Origin: a virus
Lineage: Duplodnaviria; Caudoviricetes
Direction: 5' to 3' (one strand)
IMG/VR virus record: IMGVR_UViG_3300010412_000013
Span: 1 to 60,506 of that record
Length of the DNA: 60,506 nucleotides
Position 1 is the first letter of the stretch; every line of letters begins with the position of its first letter. The position numbers and the translations under genes are program-made. Under the pieces are notes generated by a model. The model did not search any database, was not told where the DNA came from, and saw nothing but the letters and a program-made list of their open reading frames with translations. Below are positions 18,551 to 26,708 of the stretch, piece by piece.

Positions 18551-19076
18551 TTATTCAATCACTGGACCAGCCGTAACTGTATGCGATTCGGATGACGAAT
18601 CGTTTCTCTCATGCAAGCACTTCTACCTGACAGACACCCTGAAATACTCTGAACAGTTTTTGGGTTGTGTGTCGGGTAGTTTGTTTCCTGCCTACAAGAC
18701 CGAAGAAGAAAGGTTCGACAGCATTTCTGCATGGGCAATGAAAATCTGTGAAGACCATGGGGTCGAAGAAGTCTGGATAGAAGGCTATTCGATGGGAAGC
18801 AAGGGAAAGGTTTTCAATCTTGCTGAGAACTGCGGATTACTCAAACACAAAATCTGGAAGTCCAGGATACCATTCCATGTAGTTCCACCGACCACCGTCA
18901 AGAAGTTCGCAACTGGCAAGGGCAACTCAGACAAGCAAGCCATGCACGATGCCTTTGTCAAAGAGACTGGTGTCAACCTGCACCAAGAAATAACTCCACT
19001 AAAGAAAGACGTTAGCTCACCTGTTTCGGATGTGGTCGATTCCTATTTCATCATGCGATACGGAAGGTCTAAATGA
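18516..19076 (+). CDS. RuvC-like Holliday junction resolvase
   Basis: IAGIDYS..GPA, IEGYSMGS, PPTTVKKFATGKGN, DxxDS. Confidence 0.85.
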   Translation: MTKTKKVIAGIDYSITGPAVTVCDSDDESFLSCKHFYLTDTLKYSEQFLGCVSGSLFPAYKTEEERFDSISAWAMKICEDHGVEEVWIEGYSMGSKGKVFNLAENCGLLKHKIWKSRIPFHVVPPTTVKKFATGKGNSDKQAMHDAFVKETGVNLHQEITPLKKDVSSPVSDVVDSYFIMRYGRSK

Positions 19077-19089
19077 GAATGATTCTCAT
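19073..19089. promoter_or_regulatory. Fur-box-like palindrome ATGAGAAT-G-ATTCTCAT
   Basis: Perfect 8-1-8 inverted repeat close to the 7-1-7 TGATAATnATTATCA Fur consensus. Confidence 0.5.
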
Positions 19090-19152
19090 ATAAGCATATC
19101 AATTTTCCTGATACATCTGAAATTCTATATCAAAAACTTTCATATCAATTTT

Positions 19153-19181
19153 CTGGCAATATCCCATAGTCCAACTATACT
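19153..19181 (+). promoter_or_regulatory. Early-type promoter CTGGCA-N17-TATACT
   Basis: Member of a recurring motif family; A-tract upstream; GAGG RBS downstream. Confidence 0.55.
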
Positions 19182-19214
19182 ATGAGTATAAGAATTTGAT
19201 TTGAGGATTTGATT

Positions 19215-19811
19215 ATGAGCAAGACCCCCCTGAATATGGAACAAGTCGGTATCTACGTTGCCAATATCCAGAAATGGCTGGATGAAGCCATTGAAAGCGA
19301 TTATGAACAAGGCTTGTCGTGGTATGCTGATGCCCGTGCCTTTGCTGCCAAGAAAGCCATCCAGTACGGTATAAAGCCCATTCAGGTGGCTACACTTATT
19401 TCAATTCTGTCGCCCCAAAAGAAATGGGAACAGAACCTTGAAGAAGTGTCGGCATTCCTTGAAGAATTCTACAATGGCGTGAAACCTGCCAAGTCGTATT
19501 TTGCCAGCCAGAAATCACTTGATGAATGTACAGCAGCTTTGCGTGATGGCTGGGTGATTCCTGCCCATAGGTCAAAGACCTTTGCCTTTGCAGACAACAT
19601 TGCCAATGAGAACAGTTCTCATGTGACCGTAGACCGCCATGCAATCAAGGTTGCCAATGACGACCTGACTGCCAAGGAAATATCCATCACTGCCAAGCGG
19701 TATCGCGAAGCCGAAGCCGCCTACAACATCGTGGCGCTGGAAGAAAACCTGAAACCATACCAGATACAGGCAATTACTTGGGTTGCCTATAAACGTGTTG
19801 TGGGGCGTTAA
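19215..19811 (+). CDS. HhH-GPD DNA glycosylase-like phage protein
   Basis: WY..A, SILSPQ..WxxN, KTxxF, VTVDRHA, QxQAITW. Confidence 0.55.
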   Translation: MSKTPLNMEQVGIYVANIQKWLDEAIESDYEQGLSWYADARAFAAKKAIQYGIKPIQVATLISILSPQKKWEQNLEEVSAFLEEFYNGVKPAKSYFASQKSLDECTAALRDGWVIPAHRSKTFAFADNIANENSSHVTVDRHAIKVANDDLTAKEISITAKRYREAEAAYNIVALEENLKPYQIQAITWVAYKRVVGR

Positions 19812-19962
19812 GGAGCCATGTCTATGAACCAGTCAAATGCTGTTCCACACAATGTTCCACAGCCAGTTCCGATGGTCAAAAACAAGGGAAGCAAGCTGAA
19901 GGATTTGTTATAATGAATCCGGTTTTTATGAAAAACCAATCTAAAAAAAGTGTGGTTCCTGA

Positions 19963-20011
19963 CTGGCGAAAGCCTGTATCTGGACTATACTGATATTGTG
20001 AATGAATGATA
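19963..20011 (+). promoter_or_regulatory. Early-type promoter CTGGCG-N17-TATACT with downstream GTGAATGAATGATA
   Basis: 19983-20011 is 26/29 identical to 53018-53046. Confidence 0.65.
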
Positions 20012-20033
20012 ACCTGTATTGAGGATTTTGATT

Positions 20034-20306
20034 ATGTCGTATAAAAAACTGGTTCTTGATGTTCTTTCCATTGCCAATGATGTAGACTTGGCTAAAAGCT
20101 ATGTTTCCATTATCGAAGATGCACCGGCTATTGATGCCAAGCGTCTGCACGATGCCCTCCTGAATCTTGGCTTCAAGAATGACAAGGCACATAGTACCTG
20201 TTCGGTCGCCCTGTATGAAGCCAATCTGGTCAAGGGCAACAAGCGAGTGAATATCGTTGCTGCCTCGTTTGCTGGTAGCTACATTGATGTGACTGTTACA
20301 ATCTAA
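20034..20306 (+). CDS. Hypothetical early protein
   Basis: GAGG RBS directly after promoter. Confidence 0.55.
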   Translation: MSYKKLVLDVLSIANDVDLAKSYVSIIEDAPAIDAKRLHDALLNLGFKNDKAHSTCSVALYEANLVKGNKRVNIVAASFAGSYIDVTVTI

Positions 20307-20317
20307 GGGGAATCGTT

Positions 20318-20689
20318 ATGAGCCTTTTTAACCAGAAAGATAAATTCATTCTTGAACAGGCGGTCTATCGTGCCGCCGATGTTCATGTGCCCGAATACAA
20401 TGGTGGTCAGTGGCTATGGCATGAAGACTTTGGCTGGTGGGAACCTGTTTTCGATGGCAAGGTCAAGGTCGAAGGTCTGAACAATTACTACTCAGGCGAA
20501 ATGGATGCCAAGACACTTGGTCTGGCATTGTCTACCCTGTTGCAGAACCACCTGTCATGGAAGTATGCCGAAGAAGGTGGCTTTGATGAAAGCCAGCGTT
20601 GGAGCGAACACTTCTATTCATTGCGTAATCACGCGATGGAAGTTCTGAATGATGACCAGTTGTCAGAATACTTTGCGTTTCTTGATTGA
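20318..20689 (+). CDS. ArdB/KlcA-family antirestriction protein
   Basis: EYNGGQW, NYYSGEMDA..LGLA, FYxLRxHA, terminal LD match the ArdB/KlcA pattern. Confidence 0.7.
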   Translation: MSLFNQKDKFILEQAVYRAADVHVPEYNGGQWLWHEDFGWWEPVFDGKVKVEGLNNYYSGEMDAKTLGLALSTLLQNHLSWKYAEEGGFDESQRWSEHFYSLRNHAMEVLNDDQLSEYFAFLD

Positions 20690-20700
20690 GGATTTTTGTT

Positions 20701-21003
20701 ATGACTATTGCCGTTAATGCCGTTAATGCCGATAAACTTGCCGTTAAGACCAAAGAGCTTGCCGATACTATCGCCGAGTTGAATCGTTTGTCTGCGGCAA
20801 TGGCAAGGAGTGCGCTTCTTTTGAAGATTGTTCCCGATGCATTCTCAAAAGGAAGCTGCAATCTTCGCTGGGTTCGTTTGAGTGGTGGCAATTCCGCTGA
20901 CAGGAAACTGGTCAGGGGATATATTATCTACGGTGACGGAACAGAAAGGCAGCTTGACCAGAAAGAGTTTGACCTTCTTGTTTTGAATGGGTTTTCAGAT
21001 TAA
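20701..21003 (+). CDS. Hypothetical early protein
   Basis: GAGG RBS; starts with gccgttaat tandem repeat. Confidence 0.5.
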   Translation: MTIAVNAVNADKLAVKTKELADTIAELNRLSAAMARSALLLKIVPDAFSKGSCNLRWVRLSGGNSADRKLVRGYIIYGDGTERQLDQKEFDLLVLNGFSD

Positions 21004-21020
21004 TAATAGGTGTTAATATA

Positions 21021-21203
21021 ATGACCAATGAAAAAACATTACCATATGACTTTGATTTGTGGCATGATATCAAGACCGAAGAAAGGCTACATGAAGAAAT
21101 ACATTATGCATGTAATAAGGTTCGAAGCCTTTTTGAGTTGTGTGAATACTATGGCATAAAATTTGATGACCATGGGATAGTCGTCAATCCTGTGGATGAA
21201 TGA
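21021..21203 (+). CDS. Hypothetical protein
   Basis: AGGTG RBS. Confidence 0.45.
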   Translation: MTNEKTLPYDFDLWHDIKTEERLHEEIHYACNKVRSLFELCEYYGIKFDDHGIVVNPVDE

Positions 21204-21630
21204 AATGTTGAATATTGTATCATGTAATGCCGATAGCAATTGCCTGAAGATTTATAAAGAGTATTCTATTGTCAGAGCAGTGAATGTGATTAGACTTTTT
21301 GTCACCGATAGAGCCGATGCCCCCGCTGGACATACCCTATTGATTGAACCCGAAGGAGTGAAAAATGTTCTTGGATTTTTGACCGGCGAAGAAAAAGAGC
21401 TTTATATGAATTTCGGCAAAAACCGTCTTGTGTCATTGACAAAAATTCCAAAGACCAAGCTGGTGTTCCGGTTTAACTTTGTGAATGAAGCCTACAGATT
21501 CGAATTGGGCGCTGGTCTGGTGAACAGTTTCTATGACATGTTGAAGTCATACAAGCCGAAAAATGACTTTCTTGAACATAATCCAGAAGATGCATATAAT
21601 GAAATTGAACGTGAGATGTTTAATCAATGA
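21196..21630 (+). CDS. Hypothetical protein
   Basis: Packed ORF. Confidence 0.5.
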   Translation: MNEMLNIVSCNADSNCLKIYKEYSIVRAVNVIRLFVTDRADAPAGHTLLIEPEGVKNVLGFLTGEEKELYMNFGKNRLVSLTKIPKTKLVFRFNFVNEAYRFELGAGLVNSFYDMLKSYKPKNDFLEHNPEDAYNEIEREMFNQ

Positions 21631-21980
21631 GCCACATCACATTAAAGAGTTGCTTGTTTCCTGAAGACATTGCGCTTGAGGTTAATGAAATTTTTGGTAC
21701 AATGATATTTCGCTGGATGAATTCCGGTAATTATAGCCCAGAATTCCGGATTCATTCTGAGCAGGTAAAAGACATTCGGAAATGGTTTACAAAGAAAGAT
21801 AATACATTCTACAAGATTACAATCGGTGAGAGCTGGATACAATTTAAGAAACAGGCTAACACCACATTGTATGTTTCTTATGGTTCTAATAAAAACCCCA
21901 CCTATGGCGTGACCATGCTAAAACCCCAGACCCAAGAATTCTATGATTTTTTTTGTGTGGTATGTGGGGGCAACCAATGA
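21627..21980 (+). CDS. Hypothetical protein
   Basis: ATGA overlap. Confidence 0.5.
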   Translation: MSHITLKSCLFPEDIALEVNEIFGTMIFRWMNSGNYSPEFRIHSEQVKDIRKWFTKKDNTFYKITIGESWIQFKKQANTTLYVSYGSNKNPTYGVTMLKPQTQEFYDFFCVVCGGNQ

Positions 21981-22247
21981 GCATTAGACTACGGAGAGGC
22001 GATGATGCCTAGTGTACAATTACAAAAGATGACACCAACAAGTTGTATCGTCTGCTGAATGAATTTATTGGAAACAACTAAATATGTTTCCTAAAGTAAC
22101 TCTCTATGGGAGTAATGGAAAATGATTGGGCAAGTTGTGGGGAGCTTCGTGCTTTTCCTGATTTTTGGTGGTCTGGCTACCAGCATCGCATTGCTGGCTG
22201 TTGTAGCGAACCGAGCCATCAAGGAAAAGAAAGACGAATAAACATTG

Positions 22248-22278
22248 GACTGGTAAGTTACCAGTCATTTGCTATAAT
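22248..22278 (+). promoter_or_regulatory. Promoter (extended -10 TGcTATAAT) overlapped by perfect palindrome GACTGGTAA-G-TTACCAGTC
   Basis: 9-1-9 inverted repeat at 22248-22266; TATAAT at 22273-22278. Confidence 0.6.
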
Positions 22279-22306
22279 GTAATCATGTAGAAAAGGTGAA
22301 ATTATT

Positions 22307-22660
22307 ATGAGCATGACTTTCTGTAATGTACACCAGTGGAAGACCAACCTTGCTGCCGTGCTTGAAGCATCCGGCGAGACCGTCAAACTCGAATGCCCAA
22401 GATGTGCCGGTGAGGGTGTTGAAGAATGTTCAGAATGTGAAAATGAACATGATTGCAAAATGTGTGAGGGTTCCGGTGAAATTGAATATGACAGTGATGA
22501 ATTGATGGCAATCACCAATTCCGGCTATATCAATGACCTTTATTGCAAAGCCATGCTGGATGACATCAAGCGTTTCTGTGAATATGTCAATAAGCCAGAA
22601 CTCGAAAAACAACTGGTATCAGACTTCTTTGGACAACTTGGTAGACTGACCGCCAACTGA
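22307..22660 (+). CDS. DnaJ-type zinc-finger domain protein
   Basis: CPRCAGEG, CSEC, CKMCEGSG. Confidence 0.6.
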   Translation: MSMTFCNVHQWKTNLAAVLEASGETVKLECPRCAGEGVEECSECENEHDCKMCEGSGEIEYDSDELMAITNSGYINDLYCKAMLDDIKRFCEYVNKPELEKQLVSDFFGQLGRLTAN

Positions 22661-22667
22661 GTGATAT

Positions 22668-22857
22668 TGTCATGCCTTTGAAAAGCGTGAACCGAACACA
22701 AAGCCTGCAAGCTGAGGTGTGACGGACTCTATAGAAATGTGGTGATTTGGCACCAACCAAAATCGTTGCAGAGTTTTTTGACTGTAGCCAGATAAACCGC
22801 AATTTTCAAAGCACAGGATATACAAATAGACCTGTGGCGCTTTTCAAAGGCATGGCA
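22668..22857 (+). ncRNA. Candidate structured ncRNA (~190 nt)
   Basis: Perfect 17-bp terminal inverted repeat (22671-22687 / 22838-22854), extendable with G-U pairs; several internal hairpins; intergenic. Confidence 0.55.
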
Positions 22858-22889
22858 CGATTGGTAACGCTTTAATATGGGTGATTTTT

Positions 22890-23096
22890 ATGGCACAGCG
22901 AAAAAAATTCTATAGTGTTTCATACGATGGCATGTATATGGGTGGCATAGCCATAGTGGTTGCCACAAGCCCAGACGAAGCCATCGAATTGGTCAGGAAT
23001 CATCCACAAACAGTCAATTTTGATAGCAAACAAGTTCCGCCTTATGTTACAGAAATAAAAGGTCCTGTTCTTTATAACGATACTGGTGATTATTGA
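22890..23096 (+). CDS. Hypothetical protein
   Basis: GGTGA RBS; IVVATSPDEAIEL motif common in small phage proteins. Confidence 0.5.
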   Translation: MAQRKKFYSVSYDGMYMGGIAIVVATSPDEAIELVRNHPQTVNFDSKQVPPYVTEIKGPVLYNDTGDY

Positions 23097-23246
23097 AAAT
23101 GAATACTCTATCCGGCACCTTGTTGATTGTGTTTGGCTGTATATCATACATCATGACACCCGTCATGTTTGCCAATCTTCCAGCCATATTGGGAAGCCTT
23201 TATGTGGTTGGGCTTGGTGTTCATGTGATGGATGGGGTATAAAAAA

Positions 23247-23909
23247 ATGAACAAACCAATCATCCTTGCTGACATTGACGGTTGTCTTTTGCAGTGGTTG
23301 TCAAAGATGCCGGAATTCCTGATGAAGAAAGGCATCGACCCGACAAAGGCTCGTGAATGTTTTGCCAGTGGCGAATACCTGACAGCCGCACAGATTCTTG
23401 GACTTCCGTCTGACCAAGCCATGGAACTTGTCAGGGAGTATAACTCGTCTGTCTATATGCGACACCTGACACCCTTCAAGGATAGTCTGGCTGTTGTCAA
23501 CCTTCTCAAAGAAGAATTCGACTTTGTGGCAGTCACTGCCATGGGAACCCATCCGCTGGGTGCCGAGTATCGAATGGAAAACCTGCACTTCTGGTATCCC
23601 AATGCATTCAAGGGAATCCATGTGGTTGACCTTGGCGAATCCAAGTACGACATCCTGAAAGAGTACCACAAGACCTTCTTCATTGATGACACGCCGAAGC
23701 ACATCAAGGAAGCCAAGGATGCCGGTCACATTGCTATCAGGATTGTTCGTGACAGCCGACCTGACATAACGAACTCTGTAAGGTTTGATTCCTTCCATGA
23801 GATTGGCTCGTTTATTGAAATGCACAAACACATGTCAAAGCCTCAGCAATTGGTTTTGCCGCCTTATTTGAAAATGTTTGAACCGTTGGGGGAAAGTCAA
23901 CTTGGCTAA
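23247..23909 (+). CDS. HAD-family 5'-nucleotidase-like protein (T4 gp30.2-like)
   Basis: ILADIDG motif I, VTA motif II, SK, FIDD motif IV. Confidence 0.8.
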   Translation: MNKPIILADIDGCLLQWLSKMPEFLMKKGIDPTKARECFASGEYLTAAQILGLPSDQAMELVREYNSSVYMRHLTPFKDSLAVVNLLKEEFDFVAVTAMGTHPLGAEYRMENLHFWYPNAFKGIHVVDLGESKYDILKEYHKTFFIDDTPKHIKEAKDAGHIAIRIVRDSRPDITNSVRFDSFHEIGSFIEMHKHMSKPQQLVLPPYLKMFEPLGESQLG

Positions 23910-24138
23910 AGTACAATTGGTGGTTTATGAAACCCGCAAGGTCGTTGTTGATGTTGAACTGGATTGCTATCCAGAAGACAAGAGATGCCTGAAAGACATC
24001 ATCGAAATTGAGACCGAGGCATTTGAACAGAATGTTGATTACATGGACAACCTGACCGAAATGGCGGCGGAAAAGGGCTATGCCTATACCCACACATTCG
24101 AGGTTCTGTCTGCGTCAATTATTGAGGAAAATGAATAA
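23878..24138 (+). CDS. Acidic hypothetical protein (start uncertain)
   Basis: Packed ORF; TAATG junction with next gene. Confidence 0.4.
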   Translation: MNRWGKVNLAKVQLVVYETRKVVVDVELDCYPEDKRCLKDIIEIETEAFEQNVDYMDNLTEMAAEKGYAYTHTFEVLSASIIEENE

Positions 24139-24353
24139 TGGATAATCTGATACCAGTAACAATGGTGCATAATGGTGTGGTGCATTGCTCCCCGTCATGT
24201 CGGTATCTGTGTGTAAATCCCACACGGTCAACCAAAGCCTATTGTCGCGTCACTGGTGGAGAACTGGACTACTATGACTGGTTCATTGCCCGATGCCAAT
24301 ATGATTCCGACCAATACAACACGGTTCCCCTATCCATAGGAGAGAAAAAATGA
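24138..24353 (+). CDS. Small Cys-rich hypothetical protein
   Basis: GAGG RBS; several Cys. Confidence 0.45.
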   Translation: MDNLIPVTMVHNGVVHCSPSCRYLCVNPTRSTKAYCRVTGGELDYYDWFIARCQYDSDQYNTVPLSIGEKK

Positions 24354-24583
24354 CACTTGAATTTGAAAGGGTAAGATGGTTCACGTCTGGATATGCAATT
24401 TCACCAACGACTGGTGTGGTTCTTGTTCGTGAACAGGAAACCCGTTTGCTGAAGGGATATACCGGCGCTGTTAGTGGAAGGGATGAACACGAAGACATCG
24501 AACAATTGATTCGCTGGGGTGCCCGTGCGCCCGAAGGCATGTTGCGTGGATTGTTCCCTGACGTTGAAGGAAAATACGCATGA
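24350..24583 (+). CDS. Hypothetical protein
   Basis: AGGAG RBS; KGYxG...GxDExxDxxxxxxWGA. Confidence 0.55.
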   Translation: MTLEFERVRWFTSGYAISPTTGVVLVREQETRLLKGYTGAVSGRDEHEDIEQLIRWGARAPEGMLRGLFPDVEGKYA

Positions 24584-25263
24584 TTATCAGCGAACAGATA
24601 GCCTTTGCCGAAAGGTGTTACAATAAGCTGAGGGTTCTCGACCCGAATGTCTTTCTGGCTGGTGGTGCGCCATTCAATTGGTATCATGGAAAGGATGCCA
24701 AGGATTTGGACTTCTGGCTGACATCACCGGCTAACACTTGGGATGAGTTTGAGCATTGCCTGAAGATGCTGGGCTTTGGTGACATCAAGTCTTTGACCAG
24801 CACCAATTCTGCCTATAGTGCATTTCAGGCATCGCGGGGAATCCAGTTCATTGCCGACTGCTGTGTCGTGAATCCAGTTTTGGAGAAATTTGAAAATCTT
24901 GTTGATGCTGATATTGACAATATCAGGGTTCAGGTCATTTGCTTCTACAAGCCATACGACAGAAGCAATGCCATGCAGGGATTCGATTGTGATGTCTGCC
25001 GAATCAAGTATGACTTTGCCAAGAAAGACTACATCATGACCAGTGATGTGTTTACTGCCATGGCATCGAAGGTCTGTACATTCAAGAGAAAGAGTGATTT
25101 GGAAACAGACCACGGCAAGAGGGTTCAGGCTAAACTGTTGGGTCTGGATGACCGCTGGACTTTCCATTACGAAATAGATGATGGCGACAAGGAGAACAAA
25201 GCCCAACTACTCACTGAAATCTTCAGCGCATTGGACTTGCCAAAAACACTCGACATGATATAA
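24580..25263 (+). CDS. Pol-beta-superfamily nucleotidyltransferase (poly(A) polymerase/CCA-head-like)
   Basis: FLAGGA...KDLDFW (GG + DxD), VQVI, FDCDVC. Confidence 0.65.
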   Translation: MIISEQIAFAERCYNKLRVLDPNVFLAGGAPFNWYHGKDAKDLDFWLTSPANTWDEFEHCLKMLGFGDIKSLTSTNSAYSAFQASRGIQFIADCCVVNPVLEKFENLVDADIDNIRVQVICFYKPYDRSNAMQGFDCDVCRIKYDFAKKDYIMTSDVFTAMASKVCTFKRKSDLETDHGKRVQAKLLGLDDRWTFHYEIDDGDKENKAQLLTEIFSALDLPKTLDMI

Positions 25264-25292
25264 AATAACCGAAACCAAACCGGAGAACCAAA

Positions 25293-25697
25293 ATGGGTAA
25301 CCCACAACCACTTCCAAAAAACATGTTCCGTAAGCCGCGCACCGACAGGCATTATGCCCTGTATGATGTCAAGACACAGATTCAGTCTCTGAAAGAGCAA
25401 TTCCTGTTCTATGCCATCTTTAACCGCAGTCAGTTCAATGATGACACCTATATCAAGGCGATTCATTCCCTGTGTAACCGAGTGGCGAAGTTCTACAAGG
25501 TCAAGTATCGCCCATCGGTTCTTGGCAAGCCGACAGCCGATGATGTCAATGCCCTGATTGCAGAACTGAATGACAAACTGGGTCTGAGCCAAGAGCCAAT
25601 CGACAAGGAAGACGCCCATGTTTCCGAGCTTGCCAACCAGCTTGCCGAGGTTTCTGAACAAACGGAATCCGAAGAAGTTCAGGAGAAATTGCAATGA
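25293..25697 (+). CDS. Hypothetical protein
   Basis: GGAG RBS; acidic C-terminus. Confidence 0.55.
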   Translation: MGNPQPLPKNMFRKPRTDRHYALYDVKTQIQSLKEQFLFYAIFNRSQFNDDTYIKAIHSLCNRVAKFYKVKYRPSVLGKPTADDVNALIAELNDKLGLSQEPIDKEDAHVSELANQLAEVSEQTESEEVQEKLQ

Positions 25698-26011
25698 GCC
25701 GGAAAATCGACATAAATGACTTGTCGGAATTCATTGACCCTGCCGTGACGCAGGGTATGGATTCTACAGAGTTCCTGAGACATCTCATTCTGGATACGCT
25801 CCATGACAATGTTTGTCAGGTGACATTCACCAAAGAAGATGGAACCGAACGTATCATGTTATGCAGTCTACTGGAAGACAAGATACCCGAAGACAAGGTT
25901 CCAAAGGGAATCCAGAAAATTGCCAATCTTGAAGTTATCAGGGCATTTGACCTCGAAAAGAATGGCTGGCGAAGTTTCAGGGTAGATTCGGTCAAAACTG
26001 TCGAGTTCTGA
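25694..26011 (+). CDS. WYL_2/SH3-fold protein (T4 gp61.1-like)
   Basis: VTFTKxDGTERxMxC...FDLEKNGWRSFRVDSV. Confidence 0.8.
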   Translation: MSRKIDINDLSEFIDPAVTQGMDSTEFLRHLILDTLHDNVCQVTFTKEDGTERIMLCSLLEDKIPEDKVPKGIQKIANLEVIRAFDLEKNGWRSFRVDSVKTVEF

Positions 26012-26023
26012 CACAAAAAAGAT

Positions 26024-26054
26024 GCCGGATTCCTGCAATGGGCATCCGGCTTTT
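26024..26054 (+). terminator. Rho-independent terminator
   Basis: GCCGGAT...ATCCGGC stem followed by TTTT. Confidence 0.7.
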
Positions 26055-26055
26055 G

Positions 26056-26063
26056 CATAAATA
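26056..26063 (+). promoter_or_regulatory. Late promoter CATAAATA
   Basis: Immediately after terminator and before AGGAGG RBS of 26091. Confidence 0.6.
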
Positions 26064-26090
26064 CCCATAACACCCCAAAAGGAGGTAGTT

Positions 26091-26420
26091 ATGGAACCGA
26101 AATCAAACATCATCGTTTTTCCTACCACCCATGTCAATACAGGAAGTGTTGTTGCACCACCGGACTTCAGACAAAGACAAGTCACCGAATTCATTGCCAT
26201 GTTCCTTCAGGAATTCAACAATGAATTGATTACCAACATTGCCCTTAACGGTTTTGATGTTGACCATCCCTCCTATGTCACCAATATGGCAGTCATCACC
26301 CGATTGATTGAGGTCATGCTATATCAATGCAGTGATGTTCCACATGCACTTGATGATGTTCTCAATGCCATTGTTTCTGCATTTGATAAAAAGGGTGAAG
26401 AAGACAGCGACGATAAATAA
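26091..26420 (+). CDS. Conserved hypothetical protein
   Basis: Strong RBS; NIIVFP N-terminal motif; usual position before FmdB/phoH in T4-like phages. Confidence 0.55.
   Translation: MEPKSNIIVFPTTHVNTGSVVAPPDFRQRQVTEFIAMFLQEFNNELITNIALNGFDVDHPSYVTNMAVITRLIEVMLYQCSDVPHALDDVLNAIVSAFDKKGEEDSDDK
26412..26419 (+). promoter_or_regulatory. Late promoter GATAAATA
   Basis: NATAAATA 23 nt before the FmdB-like start. Confidence 0.45.
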
Positions 26421-26441
26421 TCAAAACATTATGGAGTAATT

Positions 26442-26705
26442 ATGCCAACCTACGAATATCAATGTGATAAGTGCCAGACTTATTTCACTGCATTACTGAA
26501 ACTTTCGGAAAGAACCAAGCCGACAGAAGAACCTTGTGAGGAATGTGGAACCGAGCATTCGGTCAAGCAGGTCATCACCTGTGTTCCGCCATGGATTGAC
26601 CCAGTTCGTTTGGGTAGAGCCAAAGCACCAAGCGACTTTAGGCAAGTGTTAAAAGGAATGAAGAATTTTTACAAAGGTTCAACCATCAAAGAGGATATCA
26701 ATTAA
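26442..26705 (+). CDS. FmdB-family zinc-ribbon protein
   Basis: MPTYEYQCDKC...CEECG. Confidence 0.85.
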   Translation: MPTYEYQCDKCQTYFTALLKLSERTKPTEEPCEECGTEHSVKQVITCVPPWIDPVRLGRAKAPSDFRQVLKGMKNFYKGSTIKEDIN

Positions 26706-26708
26706 TCC

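Noticed and set aside
20709-20747. gccgttaat tandem repeat (AVNAVNADKLAVK)
   Set aside because: Short in-frame coding microrepeat with no evident function.
22668-22857. Retron or MITE interpretation of the inverted-repeat element
   Set aside because: No reverse transcriptase or transposase in the window, no target-site duplication, single copy; kept only as candidate ncRNA.
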